From the NCBI GenBank assembly GCA_032718475.1, contig JAUCBJ010004450.1, positions 1 through 49,192 of the forward strand: 49,192 bases of DNA, in the 5' to 3' direction. This document shows, in pieces, positions 1 through 10,635 of the stretch (within the stretch, counting starts at the first letter, position 1; each line of letters starts with the position of its first letter). Source of the DNA: Nemertoderma westbladi. Lineage: Eukaryota > Animalia > Xenacoelomorpha. Below the pieces are notes generated by a model. The model did not search any database and was not told the DNA's origin. It saw only the letters and a program-made list of their open reading frames with translations. Both the position numbers and the translations under genes were made by a program.

Positions 1-79
1 GGAAACTGTAAAAGCTTTTGCTGAATTGCCCGGTTATTTTTCCTTATTTTTCCCGTAAAATACTCTGTAGTTGGTTTAA

Positions 80-1640
80 CCCTATTAAACCCGGGGGGGG
101 GGGGGGGTCAATATGACCCCTCCCGTGGTTTTTTTATTATAATTCTGAAACAAACGCAGTTGGGAATCTGAAATTTTATGACTTTTCCTAAAAATCTATT
201 GTCTTCCTAGTAGTGAAAACCGTTTTCAAAAATATTGGGTACTTTTCGAGTTATAGCGCCATTTTTTAACCCTACTTTTGGCACTTTTTTTGAGACGTTT
301 TTTGAAAATTACATTTCATTAAATATAAATTGTAACATCTCTATTTTTGATTTACACCGGTTTTTTGGTGTTAGAAATTGGATGGAATTCATATAAATTG
401 ATTTAGAAATTTCAAACTTGTTTTTTTCGGTGGGTGCCAAATTTTGGTGCCAGCACCAAATTTTGAAATATGTCAATTTTGTAAATTGATTGTTTGAAAC
501 TTGTTTTTTTACGCAATTGGGGTTTTTTGGGGTTCTGGATTCGATAAAATATATACGAGTTGCACCAAGCGTATCAAACTTGTATTTTTTCGGTGCTGTG
601 TGCAAATTTTGGTGCTAGCACGAAATTTTGAAAATCCATTCAATAGATAAAATTGCTTGTGACAATTTATTTCTTGCGTTTTAGAGGTTTATGGCTGTTC
701 TGAATTCAATGGCATATATAATTATCGAACTAGACATCTCAAACTTGTATTTTTCGGATGTGGGTGCAAAATGTGGTGCTAGCACCAAATTTTGAAAACC
801 ATCAAATAAATCAATTGATTGGTGTCACCTTGTTTCTTGCGTTATAGGGGTTTGTGATGGTTCTGAATTCAATGGAATCAGCAAAAATTTCATAAGAGTT
901 CTCAAACTTGTATTTTTCGCCGGTGGGTGAAAATTGTTGTGCCAGCACCAAATTTTGGAAAATATGCAAATTGATCAGTAGATAGTATCACCTTGTTTCT
1001 TGCGTTATACGGGTTTATGAGGGTCCTGAATCCGATGGAATCAATAAAAACAGCACTGGACATCGCAAACTTGTACTTTTTGGTGATGGGTACGAAATTT
1101 GGTGCTAGCACCAAAATTTGCCAAATTACGCCGAAAAATACAAGTAGCAATGATCTGGCATATTAGAAATGTATTCCATTAGAATCAGGGTCCTCGAAAA
1201 CCTGAAAATGTGAATTTATAGCATCGTATAAGTGAATTAAAAATTTTGTGTTCTAACTGAAAAGTGCTGGTTACTTGTTTTTTTCATTTTTTTCCTACGC
1301 AGAGAGGACTAAACAGCCATTTATAGTAATCATATCATTTTTAAATATTTTCCAATGTATTTTGCGCCCCAGAAAACCTTTATTGAAAAATAATTAGCCG
1401 AAAATGTAACTTTCAAATTTTGTGAAAATTGTGCACTACTTGTAATTTTGGTGCTGCAATATAACCACCCCAGTACATTTTTTCGAAAATTTTTTTTTTC
1501 GGTCGGATCCAGACAAGTGATACCTACGTACAAACAAAAAATCAGACGTTTTCGTAAATATTTGTAGATTTTAGAAGGGGGGGTCAATATGACCCCCTCC
1601 CGGTATTTGTACAACATTTTATAGCCCGGTACTAATAGGG
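80..1640. mobile_element. Non-autonomous piggyBac-type (TTAA) DNA element inserted in the 5' LTR
   Basis: TTAA at 76-79 and 1641-1644; the empty site GGTTTAATAGGCG is seen in the 3' LTR. Termini CCCTATTA..CCGGG / CCCGG..TAATAGGG. Subterminal palindrome GGGGTCAATATGACCCC near both ends. No transposase ORF. Confidence 0.9.
410..1125. repeat. Internal tandem array (~163-bp unit, ~5 copies) of the TTAA element
   Basis: CAAACTTG...TGGTGC(T/C)AGCACCAAATTT recurs near 413, 575, 740, 903 and 1066. Confidence 0.8.
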
Positions 1641-2809
1641 TTAATAGGCGTAAGAGGCCGTATTATTGCTGTATCGGTGTTTTTAGAGGATCTAAGAGCT
1701 ATTTCTTCCGTATGCGTACTGTGGAAGGCATAGTTGATGATTCTATGGCAATTCCGTGACGCAAAAGGGGCTAGATACTCTTGAACAGTAGTTACTATGA
1801 CGACGGTTAACAGCTGATATTCATACGTGTTGATTTTCTTTGTTCTACGGCATCTCTCAGTTCAGTCAACCAATCAGAGCGTTTTTACTGTTCTTGTACA
1901 GAAATTTCCTAGAAATCACGCAATGCTTTATGGGCAGTGTTTACATTCTGTCCTGAGCCAGGAGAGAGCGGCTTTGGAATATTTTTGTGCTTTTCTGTTT
2001 TAGCCTAACACTAGTAGGCTTAATTATAAGGACATATATCCGTTATCAAATCAAAACAAACCAACCATCACACTGGTTAACTGGCCCATACTCAATCAAC
2101 GCAACATACCTAATCTAATATACCTGTGCATACTTTTATATTGTTATACTGCTATTTACTGTCGGTTCTTCATAATATGGTTGATGAATTATTATATTTG
2201 GAATAACGATAAATAACCCCGAAACCCCAATATTCTTGATATACCGAAGGTAAGAGAGAAAGGTTACATATAACGATTGTGACTTATGTTGAGTGGTTTG
2301 AAGTGAATCTAATGTTATTTGATAGACCCTACATGAGTCGGTCCGTGTTCCTTTTATATGTGACTAAAATCAGTGAAGATCGGCAGATCAGTGTGCAGTA
2401 TTGTGCAGCATTGTGTATGAGTGAGACTGATAACGAAGCATTTCCTAAAGAATGCGCCATATATGTGAATTGTAACTAAGCCATATCGTTGCGTGTAGTT
2501 TAAGTCATAGCTCTGTTTATATAGATAGAGCGCCACGTCCTAAAGGAACTGTTAATATTTCCCGAAGGTGAATAATATTGTCAGAGATTATAATACTGTC
2601 AGTCGAATAATACATTAGGCTTACATAGCAATACGATTAAGCTGTCGAAATCAATCTCCCGGGTATATCTAACGGGTGAATGATCGCGCACAGATTGGTT
2701 TCAACTAGTGTAGTGAATCAAATACTTGTCAGAGGCTAAAAGCGATTTATTATCTAGAAGACATCCTAATTTGGCGGGTTAAACTGCCAAAGGTCTGAAA
2801 GCGCGAACA

Positions 2810-2821
2810 ATAACGGATATA
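2810..2821 (+). promoter_or_regulatory. Non-canonical primer-binding-site position, complementary to LTR segment 2035-2046
   Basis: ATAACGGATATA directly follows the LTR-terminal CA, with no TGG. It is the exact reverse complement of TATATCCGTTAT at 2035-2046. Confidence 0.55.
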
Positions 2822-2887
2822 GCTTCTTTATTGCAGTAAGCAATAAAGTTGAAAGTACCGGTCAACCGGTAAACCTGAACGGTACAT

Positions 2888-3003
2888 CTGTAGGTCAGTA
2901 GGCCCAACTGCCAGAACCGGTACTGCCGTAGGTCCGTAGGTCCAACTGCCAGAACCGGTACTTCTGTAGGTCCGTAGGCCCAACTGTCCTAACCGGTACT
3001 TCC
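2888..3003 (+). repeat. Three ~38-bp tandem repeats in the retroelement leader
   Basis: Unit approximately CTGTAGGTCCGTAGGCCCAACTGCCAGAACCGGTACTT. Confidence 0.85.
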
Positions 3004-3149
3004 CGTATAAGTACATTAGTATTATTCGATTTGAATATTGTATACCGGTAGGCTGTTTAAGAGATTAGGGACTGTACACCCCTTGTTTCTTTTGGAGCTT
3101 ACTTATTTCTGTCAGTTTTATTTATTTGTAGGCCAGTATTGAACAGAAG

Positions 3150-3731
3150 GCGTGTAAGCCTGATCATATTGTACAGACAATTTGTAGGCTGGGCTGTTGT
3201 CTGATTGCTGTTAAGTCTGAACGGATTGCAGTGTGTGTAGATCACCTCTCCGATAAAGAACGGTTAGGAAGTAGGGGCAGCCAAAGCTGTAAGGTAAACC
3301 CCCAACTAAAGAATAAGTCGTACTACTGGGTTAGAACGCATACTACCTAATCATTTCGGAGTCTGCATGTCCTGTAGTTTATTTAGGCTTGAGAGTAGTC
3401 TGCCATCGTTTAGTCTGTACTTTGTTTGTGTAGTCTGTACAGGTAGCGTATAATATTTATTTAGATAATTTGTAGGCTGGATAGTTGTCTGGCTGTTATT
3501 AGGTCTGAACGGATTGCAGTGTGTGTAGAGCCTCTGTCCGATAAAGAACGGTTAGGAAGTAGGGGCAGCCAAAGCTGTAAGGTAAACCCCCATCTAAAGA
3601 ATAAGTCGTACTACTGGGTTAGAACGCATACTACCTAATCATTTCGGAGTCTGCATGTCCTGTAGTTTATTTAGGCTTGATAGTAGTCTGTCAGTATTTG
3701 GTCTGCATTTTGTTTGAGTGGTTTGTACGCG
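3150..3731 (+). ncRNA. Tandemly duplicated (~289-nt period) long stem-loop cis-RNA element in the retroelement leader
   Basis: Each copy (3171-3431 and 3461-3717) folds into nested stems rich in G.U pairs. Differences between the copies almost all preserve pairing. Confidence 0.7.
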
Positions 3732-4679
3732 TAGCGTAATATTTATTGTTCAGAGTTTATGCGATTATTCGCAACATTCATTCCCCAAGTTTGTTCCTAC
3801 AATAATTGTGTTTGTTATACATACCGCTATAGTTAAATTAACCCCGGTACTACACGGGCTGCTTGGCGTAGGTAAAGACTGGTGATTTTGTGCACCAGTC
3901 ACTCCAGCAGATGCCGTGGTTCTTTTAGCTGTTCAAGTATATTTAACTACTGATTATATGTTGTACAAGTACTCATACCTAATTTAGGGTTTAGTGTACA
4001 GTGCTTTCCGAAAGTAATTAGTGTAGGCATTATATTTGTGTTGTAAAGTGGTTGATAGGCACGTTCGATTAGCTCTATTAACTTCTAGGTAGGAACACTC
4101 CGTGATACATAACGTAGTACCTATAGCGATACGGCTATAGGTCGTCAGGCGGTGGTATTTTCCTATCTGGACAACGCAGTGTATTTACTACTACGTATTA
4201 TTTTCAAATACCGCAGTATCCTGTCCGTTGTAATAACCAGATTTCTAACCCTTTGTTAGGCTGGTTTGTAGACTTCTTGTAAAATTACCCTGAAAATTCG
4301 TATTTTGTGTTTTTTGTAAATTTTGTGTTTATTTAGAGATTGTAATCTCACCCGAATTGTACGTAATTTGTAGTATTAAGTAACTTAGGTAAATTAGCAT
4401 TATTTGTTTTAGTGTCCTATAAGTAACACTTCACTGAAAGCGCACCGCTTTGTGTAGTGATTACTCCCCAGAAATAATAACATTTATTTCAAACATTGAC
4501 AAAACCCATTAAAACGGGTATATATATATTATAAATCAAATCTAACGATTTATAAATAGTAGGCCTACCATACAACCATTAGGTCTCAATATCAGTTGGA
4601 CTACTGCTCAAATAGCGGTAATAAAGTAAGTAAAGTAACCAAGTAACCCTAAAATTCAGAAATTCAATTATTTAAAATA

Positions 4680-4935
4680 ATTGATATACCGGTATTTACG
4701 ATAGGCCTATTATCTTTATTTCTATAAGTTTCGGCTGAAATTATACCGGTACTTGTAACTAATTCTAGTCCAGAATTATATATACTATAAACTGTAAGCT
4801 GTATACCGGTATTCCCGATAGGCCTATTATATATTTATATATATTTGTGCTAAAATTATACCGGTATCCTGTGATAAACCTAGTCTGTAATAATACTTAT
4901 ATAGTTATATATAATATAAGCATACCGGTATCCTA
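4680..4935. repeat. Degenerate ~58-bp tandem repeats with an ATACCGGTA core upstream of gag
   Basis: ATACCGGTA near 4687, 4743, 4803, 4858 and 4922. Confidence 0.7.
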
Positions 4936-5066
4936 ATATAATATATATATCACGCTACACTGAGTAGCAGTATAGGTAATTAATTACTAGGCTAGCAGTT
5001 AATACTGAGTTACTAGACTTGCTCAGACTGTAATATAGCAGTAGGCATTCAACTGTACACATAAAC

Positions 5067-8000
5067 ATGTCTGATACTAAGCAGAACCTGTCAGACAGTT
5101 TATTAGATGTAACTATCTGCGACTCAGATAGAGGCGTAGAACCGTCTAGTCGTAAGTTCAGTTCACCTCCCACTGTGAGGAAGGTCATCCCTCCTGTAGT
5201 AATAACAGAACCTAGGCTGGTCCAACATCGTAGGTCTATCATAGGCACTCGAGCTCAGGTCAAGCGGGACCAAGAAGCAGCAGAACAGCAACAACCCGCG
5301 AGCCAAGATCTTATTTCTCAACGGCCCGACAGCTCCAGTAGTGAAGATACTGTAGAACTGACACCCGAGCGCGGAGCAAGGATGACGGATGCGGTTTATT
5401 CGGATCCCCTTCTCATCCTTCCTGCAGCCGTACTCACTAGGTTATTGATCGCCGTGGAAGAACACCAGATCGATTGGGCGAGAAGTAAGCGCTCAACTAA
5501 AGATAGTTATGCGGGATACACAAGGGAAGAACTGAAGTCTATGGTCGAGTCGCAATGGAACTTCCCCGGACCCGGACTCCCGTTTGATTTATCAGAAGCT
5601 GCCTGGGAAGACATACACCGGATGGGAGTAGCCAAGGAAACCATTGATCCAGCTGTGTGGAAGAGGTCCGCAGCCGGATACGCACAGGGATTCTTCAGCT
5701 CTATGGAGCGAGTAGAAAAACAACTGTTACAACAACCTCAAGGACCTCAAGAGCAGGGACAACTGCTTTATCAAGTTAGAGAAAGAATTCTGCGAATCAG
5801 GCTAATATTATCAGCCTTTGAAGAGGCTTCTAAAAGAAGACAAGACACGTCGTTGCAAGTTGCCGTAAAGACTTGGTTTCAACGGGTGAGTCGCCAAGTT
5901 CAAGGAACAGCTCAGTGGAAAGCTCAGCTGGAGGAGCGCTCAACCCATGGAGAATCAACAGACGCTACTTTTTCCCAAGTGGAAAGTGAAGCGACGGCAG
6001 AGAAGCCGCATAAGAGGGATGCCATTGACATCTATCTGTCAGACTATCAACGTTTTTTGGGTGATGACGAGTTGAGGAGAAGGTTAGATGGACTTAGCCC
6101 TAATAGTGAAGGAACTCAGCGTATGTTGGATGTCATCGATGTGGAAATGAGGGCTGCGAACCAGGCTAAATTTGATGAACAACTCCGCATCACACGAGTC
6201 CAAGAAGAGCAAGTAAAGAAAAAACGTATAGAAGACAGAAAGAAAGCAGCAGTAGCAGCTGCCGAAGCGGAAAGGAAAGCAGCCGAAGAGGAAAGTAAAG
6301 CCGACGAAATGGAAAGGAAAGCGGCAGCGGCAGCGGCAGAGGCAGAAGCGAAAAGAAAAGCAGCCGAAATGGAAAGAAAAGCAGCCGAAATGGAAAGAAA
6401 AGCGGCAGCGGCAGCGGCAGAGGCAGAAGCGAAAAGAAAAACAGCCGAAATGAAAAGAAAAGCGGAAATGGCAGTGGCAGAAGCAGAACGTAGAGCGGCG
6501 GAAGAAATCACCCAATTAGAATTGGAAAACATTCAGGAGAATCAAGACTGCATAAATAAACAGTTAACAGCTAGTAATATGCAGATGATGAATCGATCTA
6601 CTCCCAAAAGACAGGGATATACATCATCTGAGGAAGGCGATACCACCGATACTGAAGGCAAAGGAAATAGATCTCGTCTAAGCAGACGTAAAAGAACATT
6701 CCACCGTCAGAAATTGCCTGATTTGCCTCCAGCTGTTAGAAGGCAACTAAATAACACCAACTTAGGTAGTACAGAGCCCACAGACCAAATAATTAAAATA
6801 GAAAGACTCCCTACTATAGTAGATGAGCCTGAAATAATTAGGCCTGTTCTTGAAATCACCCCTTCGGTGATAGACACACCTGTGCTCCCTGAAGCTACCT
6901 CTAAATTCCCTCTGCATAGCACTAAGCTATCTGTGCCCAGTAGAACTGCCCAGGAGACAGTTCAGGTCCTGGACCCCGAGCGAAATATTCATGATTTGTC
7001 GCCCGTTGTCCCTCGTCCGCCCGCTACAACGTTGGCGACTCCCGCTTCGGCGGTCGAATGGGTGGACGAGAGACGGCGGGGGATGGATCTCCTGCTCGGG
7101 CAGATGCAGGAGACTGTTCAGCAATTCAAGGGCACAGTAAGGGAAAGTAGGCTAGAGTTGCAAGAAGTGCAGCAAAGTATCGCGCTAGAACGCGATAAAT
7201 TAGTAAATACACAAAGGGGTATACCACCACCCTCGGTAACAATGTGTCAACCTGTTAGGTCTGAAGTATCTCATGCGCAAGGTGTGGAGCCTACACGCAT
7301 ATATACTGCTAGCGAAGTAGAAACTCCTATAGTGAACCCTATTAAGGGTAATTATAGACCTGTTGATAATGACATTCCCTATAGACCTGATCATAATCCG
7401 AGAAATTTATATACCGATAACTCGATATTAAATAACACGATGGCCCAAGAAAGTTTTACGCGTCAAATGGCTAGAACCGAAGCCCGGCAAGCGGTAAAGG
7501 TGGGAGAGATCGTCAAGTTCAATGGAGATGAGATGAAATGGTTACCTTTTAATGAATATTACAAAGATAACATACAGAACTCTGTACTATCTAATGGAGA
7601 GAAACTTAGATTCCTCATCGAGTGCTTGGAAGCATCTCCCAAGTTAATGGCGTTAAAGTTTATTGGACATCCAGACGGATTAAGACAAGTTTGGGATACA
7701 CTAAACATCAGGTATGGTAATAGGAATAACATAGCTGGGTATTTGTATGCAAAGTTGGTAGCGCCCCGAAAGTTTATTAGCAGCGGGATTATAGAGTTTT
7801 CCGATGAAATTCAGGAGATCTGCAGACAATTAGATTGGCTAGGTAAGTCTCATGAGTATCAGAGTGCTATGGTTATTAGAGCAGTGGCCTCTACTTTACC
7901 GAAGGGTGGAGTAGGTACACGCTGGGACAAGAAAGTGTTATACATGATGGAACAACAACAACGAGACCCTACCATGACTGATCTCATGACATTCTTGGAT

Positions 8001-10088
8001 GGCGAAGTGAAATTACAGCTCATAAAGCAGTCCAGAGAGAAGACATCGGAAAACAAGGTAAGTGAGAAACCCGTCTCCAGAAGAAAGGTAACACCAGTGT
8101 GTTATACCGACGACGGCGAAAGCCAAGCTTCCCAAGGGGAGGATAGCGGGAAAGACACTGAAAGATCTTATTATGTCAATAAAACACCTAACGAACAGGG
8201 AAGTAAATTTAAGTCTCGATCTAATGACAAGAGAGAGCAGGTAAGAAAAACTCCTCCTACGTCTCCCAAGAGAATTCAGGTGAGAAAGCCCGAAGAAAGA
8301 ACGAGAGTGCACAATGTCACCCAAAATAAGGTAAGTAACATCAAACCGAAATGTGCGCTATGTGACGGGACCCACCGTTTGAATATGTGTGATGAATTCC
8401 TGAGGAAATCATTAACGGAGAGACGAGAAGTCATGTGGGATAAGCGGTTATGTTATAATTGCCTCAGACAAGGACACCAACGGCGAACCTGTTACTCTGA
8501 CATAAGGTGTGCAAAGTGTGGTGCGAAACATCATATCTTGTTGCACTCTGAATTCGAGCGAAATAGTCCGAATCAGGTAAGTGATTCCGAACTACATGTC
8601 CAATTCAGTGATGTGAACGACACTGATCAATCTGAGATGGAAGGATTCTATACGGACGAGTTCTCCAACGAAAACGAATCCTGTTACATGATAAATACCG
8701 CAGTGTATCGAGCACTCACATATGAAAAAGATACAGACAGCGACCTCACTCTAACTACTTCTGATCGACAACCATCTTGGAAAGAGCCATCTTCCAATGT
8801 AGGGATCCGAGAGTTTCCTGTGGTGCAGGTAAGGGTTCACGGACCTAAACGGAGTTATGTAGTGAACGCCCTCCTTGACTCCGGTAGTACAGGAACATTC
8901 ATCGACAAAGAACTAGCCGAAGACATCTTTGCTGGACAACCCAAGTTCCGAACCAAGCTAAACATGTCAGGGATCATGCAGGTTTGGAAATCTGCTGTGG
9001 CTGCCGACTATTATATAGGTGAGTTGTCCACTCCACAGGATAAACTAGGAGAACACAGTATAAGGTCAGTCAAAATGGTGGCAATAAAGAACTTCGCTAC
9101 CACCCAAGTGGAACCTTATAATTGGGACGAAGATGATCATGCCCAACAACTTAACATTCCTAGATTCGACACCGATTATCCTGGAGTACAAATATTAATC
9201 GGTCAAAACGCGCATGATGCGCTGGAGACATTGGAGAAACGACCTGCTCAACCGCAACCACTTCAGACCTATGCGGTAAGAACTAGAGTAGGTTGGTACC
9301 TTACTGGACCTTCCCGAAGAACGCTCAGAGAAAGACTGCTTCAAGATCGCGTCTGCCAGGTGAGTGAATGGGAAGATGATACTAGTGAGGGAGACGACCC
9401 AACTGAGGGAACACCATACTCCTCAGATAATGACGATATTAGCTCCAATGTAGATCAATGGAGATATTGCCCCAAGAAGTTTAATCCAACTGACATCGCT
9501 TCCAGAGGAGCAACTCCTCAAGAACTGACAGATACTACAGACCGGTTAGGTGAACCCGACTTCCTGAGTAAGGAGGATGAATGGCCTCCCCATCTTACTC
9601 CGACTGAGATTAGACCAGCCAAGGGAGCGGAGAAAGTCAAACCTAAAACCCGGACGGGTGGATCGGAGTTATTTGAACCCGGGATAGATCTGTCGGTATT
9701 ACATATTGCCAGGGACGACGCCGTGGATCTGGACCTCCCCACCGCGAGTGGATCCTTCATGAAGATCAGAGAGAGCGATTGGAGCTCTGGAACATCAGAC
9801 GTCTCGCAGGGACTCTCACCTCTCCTGCAGGGAGCGACGGACCACTATAGCTCCTGGAATCGGCTTTGTAAGGCCGTCGTGTACCTAGAGCGATGTTTCT
9901 ATCGTCACTATTCCAGGACGAAGAGGAAACCTGGAATTGTATTCGGGATGCAGCGACTCAATCACCCAGTCGGTCGTTTGTGTTTACCGGAAGGGAATGG
10001 AGGACTCTCCGGAAACTGTGGAAGGCAAGATTCTCTTCCCACGACCACCTCCCTAATCCTTCAAACATCTAGGGACTCCATAACGTAA
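5067..10088 (+). CDS. BEL/Pao Gag-protease polyprotein, 1673 aa; RT and integrase absent, only an RNase H C-terminal remnant
   Basis: Capsid-like DUF1759 region KFNGDEMKWLPF...LSNGEKLRFLIECL...W..L..RYG. Triple knuckle CALCDGTH..C / CYNCLRQGH....C / CAKCGAKHHILLH. Protease ALLDSGSTGTFI...ILIG...TRVGWYLTGP. Then directly QWRYCPKKFNPTDIASRG, PDFLSKEDEWP and YSSWNRL, which are Pao RNase H end and downstream motifs. No YxDD or DDE domain. Confidence 0.93.
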   Translation: MSDTKQNLSDSLLDVTICDSDRGVEPSSRKFSSPPTVRKVIPPVVITEPRLVQHRRSIIGTRAQVKRDQEAAEQQQPASQDLISQRPDSSSSEDTVELTPERGARMTDAVYSDPLLILPAAVLTRLLIAVEEHQIDWARSKRSTKDSYAGYTREELKSMVESQWNFPGPGLPFDLSEAAWEDIHRMGVAKETIDPAVWKRSAAGYAQGFFSSMERVEKQLLQQPQGPQEQGQLLYQVRERILRIRLILSAFEEASKRRQDTSLQVAVKTWFQRVSRQVQGTAQWKAQLEERSTHGESTDATFSQVESEATAEKPHKRDAIDIYLSDYQRFLGDDELRRRLDGLSPNSEGTQRMLDVIDVEMRAANQAKFDEQLRITRVQEEQVKKKRIEDRKKAAVAAAEAERKAAEEESKADEMERKAAAAAAEAEAKRKAAEMERKAAEMERKAAAAAAEAEAKRKTAEMKRKAEMAVAEAERRAAEEITQLELENIQENQDCINKQLTASNMQMMNRSTPKRQGYTSSEEGDTTDTEGKGNRSRLSRRKRTFHRQKLPDLPPAVRRQLNNTNLGSTEPTDQIIKIERLPTIVDEPEIIRPVLEITPSVIDTPVLPEATSKFPLHSTKLSVPSRTAQETVQVLDPERNIHDLSPVVPRPPATTLATPASAVEWVDERRRGMDLLLGQMQETVQQFKGTVRESRLELQEVQQSIALERDKLVNTQRGIPPPSVTMCQPVRSEVSHAQGVEPTRIYTASEVETPIVNPIKGNYRPVDNDIPYRPDHNPRNLYTDNSILNNTMAQESFTRQMARTEARQAVKVGEIVKFNGDEMKWLPFNEYYKDNIQNSVLSNGEKLRFLIECLEASPKLMALKFIGHPDGLRQVWDTLNIRYGNRNNIAGYLYAKLVAPRKFISSGIIEFSDEIQEICRQLDWLGKSHEYQSAMVIRAVASTLPKGGVGTRWDKKVLYMMEQQQRDPTMTDLMTFLDGEVKLQLIKQSREKTSENKVSEKPVSRRKVTPVCYTDDGESQASQGEDSGKDTERSYYVNKTPNEQGSKFKSRSNDKREQVRKTPPTSPKRIQVRKPEERTRVHNVTQNKVSNIKPKCALCDGTHRLNMCDEFLRKSLTERREVMWDKRLCYNCLRQGHQRRTCYSDIRCAKCGAKHHILLHSEFERNSPNQVSDSELHVQFSDVNDTDQSEMEGFYTDEFSNENESCYMINTAVYRALTYEKDTDSDLTLTTSDRQPSWKEPSSNVGIREFPVVQVRVHGPKRSYVVNALLDSGSTGTFIDKELAEDIFAGQPKFRTKLNMSGIMQVWKSAVAADYYIGELSTPQDKLGEHSIRSVKMVAIKNFATTQVEPYNWDEDDHAQQLNIPRFDTDYPGVQILIGQNAHDALETLEKRPAQPQPLQTYAVRTRVGWYLTGPSRRTLRERLLQDRVCQVSEWEDDTSEGDDPTEGTPYSSDNDDISSNVDQWRYCPKKFNPTDIASRGATPQELTDTTDRLGEPDFLSKEDEWPPHLTPTEIRPAKGAEKVKPKTRTGGSELFEPGIDLSVLHIARDDAVDLDLPTASGSFMKIRESDWSSGTSDVSQGLSPLLQGATDHYSSWNRLCKAVVYLERCFYRHYSRTKRKPGIVFGMQRLNHPVGRLCLPEGNGGLSGNCGRQDSLPTTTSLILQTSRDSIT

Positions 10089-10635
10089 CAACATATGGAG
10101 TGGGTGTGTGACTCTATTATTTTGTATTTGTTTTATTTTTATATTTATGTATGTATTATTATGTAATTTTATTTTAATCGTTTTATTTAATTTTATTTAG
10201 TAGTGTGGTATTTTAGAGATTATTTAGTAGATTAGTGCAATATATATTCGCGTTTATTATTTAATTACGTATATTATATATTTAGTGCGACGGCGAGAAA
10301 TAATTCTTTTTCTCTTTCCTTACTGCCCGTATCATATTATAAATACGTGACTACAGTAAGATGAAATATCCGTACTTATTAAAGTGCAATAAAGCCACTA
10401 CTATATTTAAGTATTATTGGTAGGCAGAGTATTAGGAATGCAAAGTTCAGATCCTCGTGTCTCGGCTAAACCAAGCTCTGGGTAGACCTTGGAAACGACT
10501 TGCCTCTTCACACTGACATTGCTTCGTGCGATATTGCTCTCATACCGTATATTAAATAATACATATAGTAGCGTGATGTCCCTCTAACAGTAGCGTGAAA
10601 CGCAAATAAATCTGTTAAACCTTTTGACCATCTGT

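Larger units (their letters stand above)
7..2809 (+). repeat. 5' LTR (1238 bp once the inserted 1561-bp element plus duplicated TTAA is removed)
   Basis: Starts TGTAAAAGC and ends GCGCGAACA. Matches 13345-14582 with about 3 substitutions found by eye. Confidence 0.95.

Noticed and set aside
410-1125. Regularly spaced palindromic repeats resembling a CRISPR array
   Set aside because: The spacers are homologous to each other, the context is eukaryotic, there are no cas genes, and the array is internal to a TTAA element.
2279-2536. Small ORFs repeated at 14052-14309 and 23581-23831
   Set aside because: They recur only because they lie in the LTR; no coding signature.
3240-3360. Twister, pistol or hammerhead ribozyme in the apex of the leader rods
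   Set aside because: Conserved catalytic cores were not found. The resemblance of AAAGAACGG to retroviral CTE loops is too short to call.
6084-6532. Antisense ORFs (FCLCRCRC / SAAAA repeats)
   Set aside because: Shadows of the Gag coiled-coil repeat.
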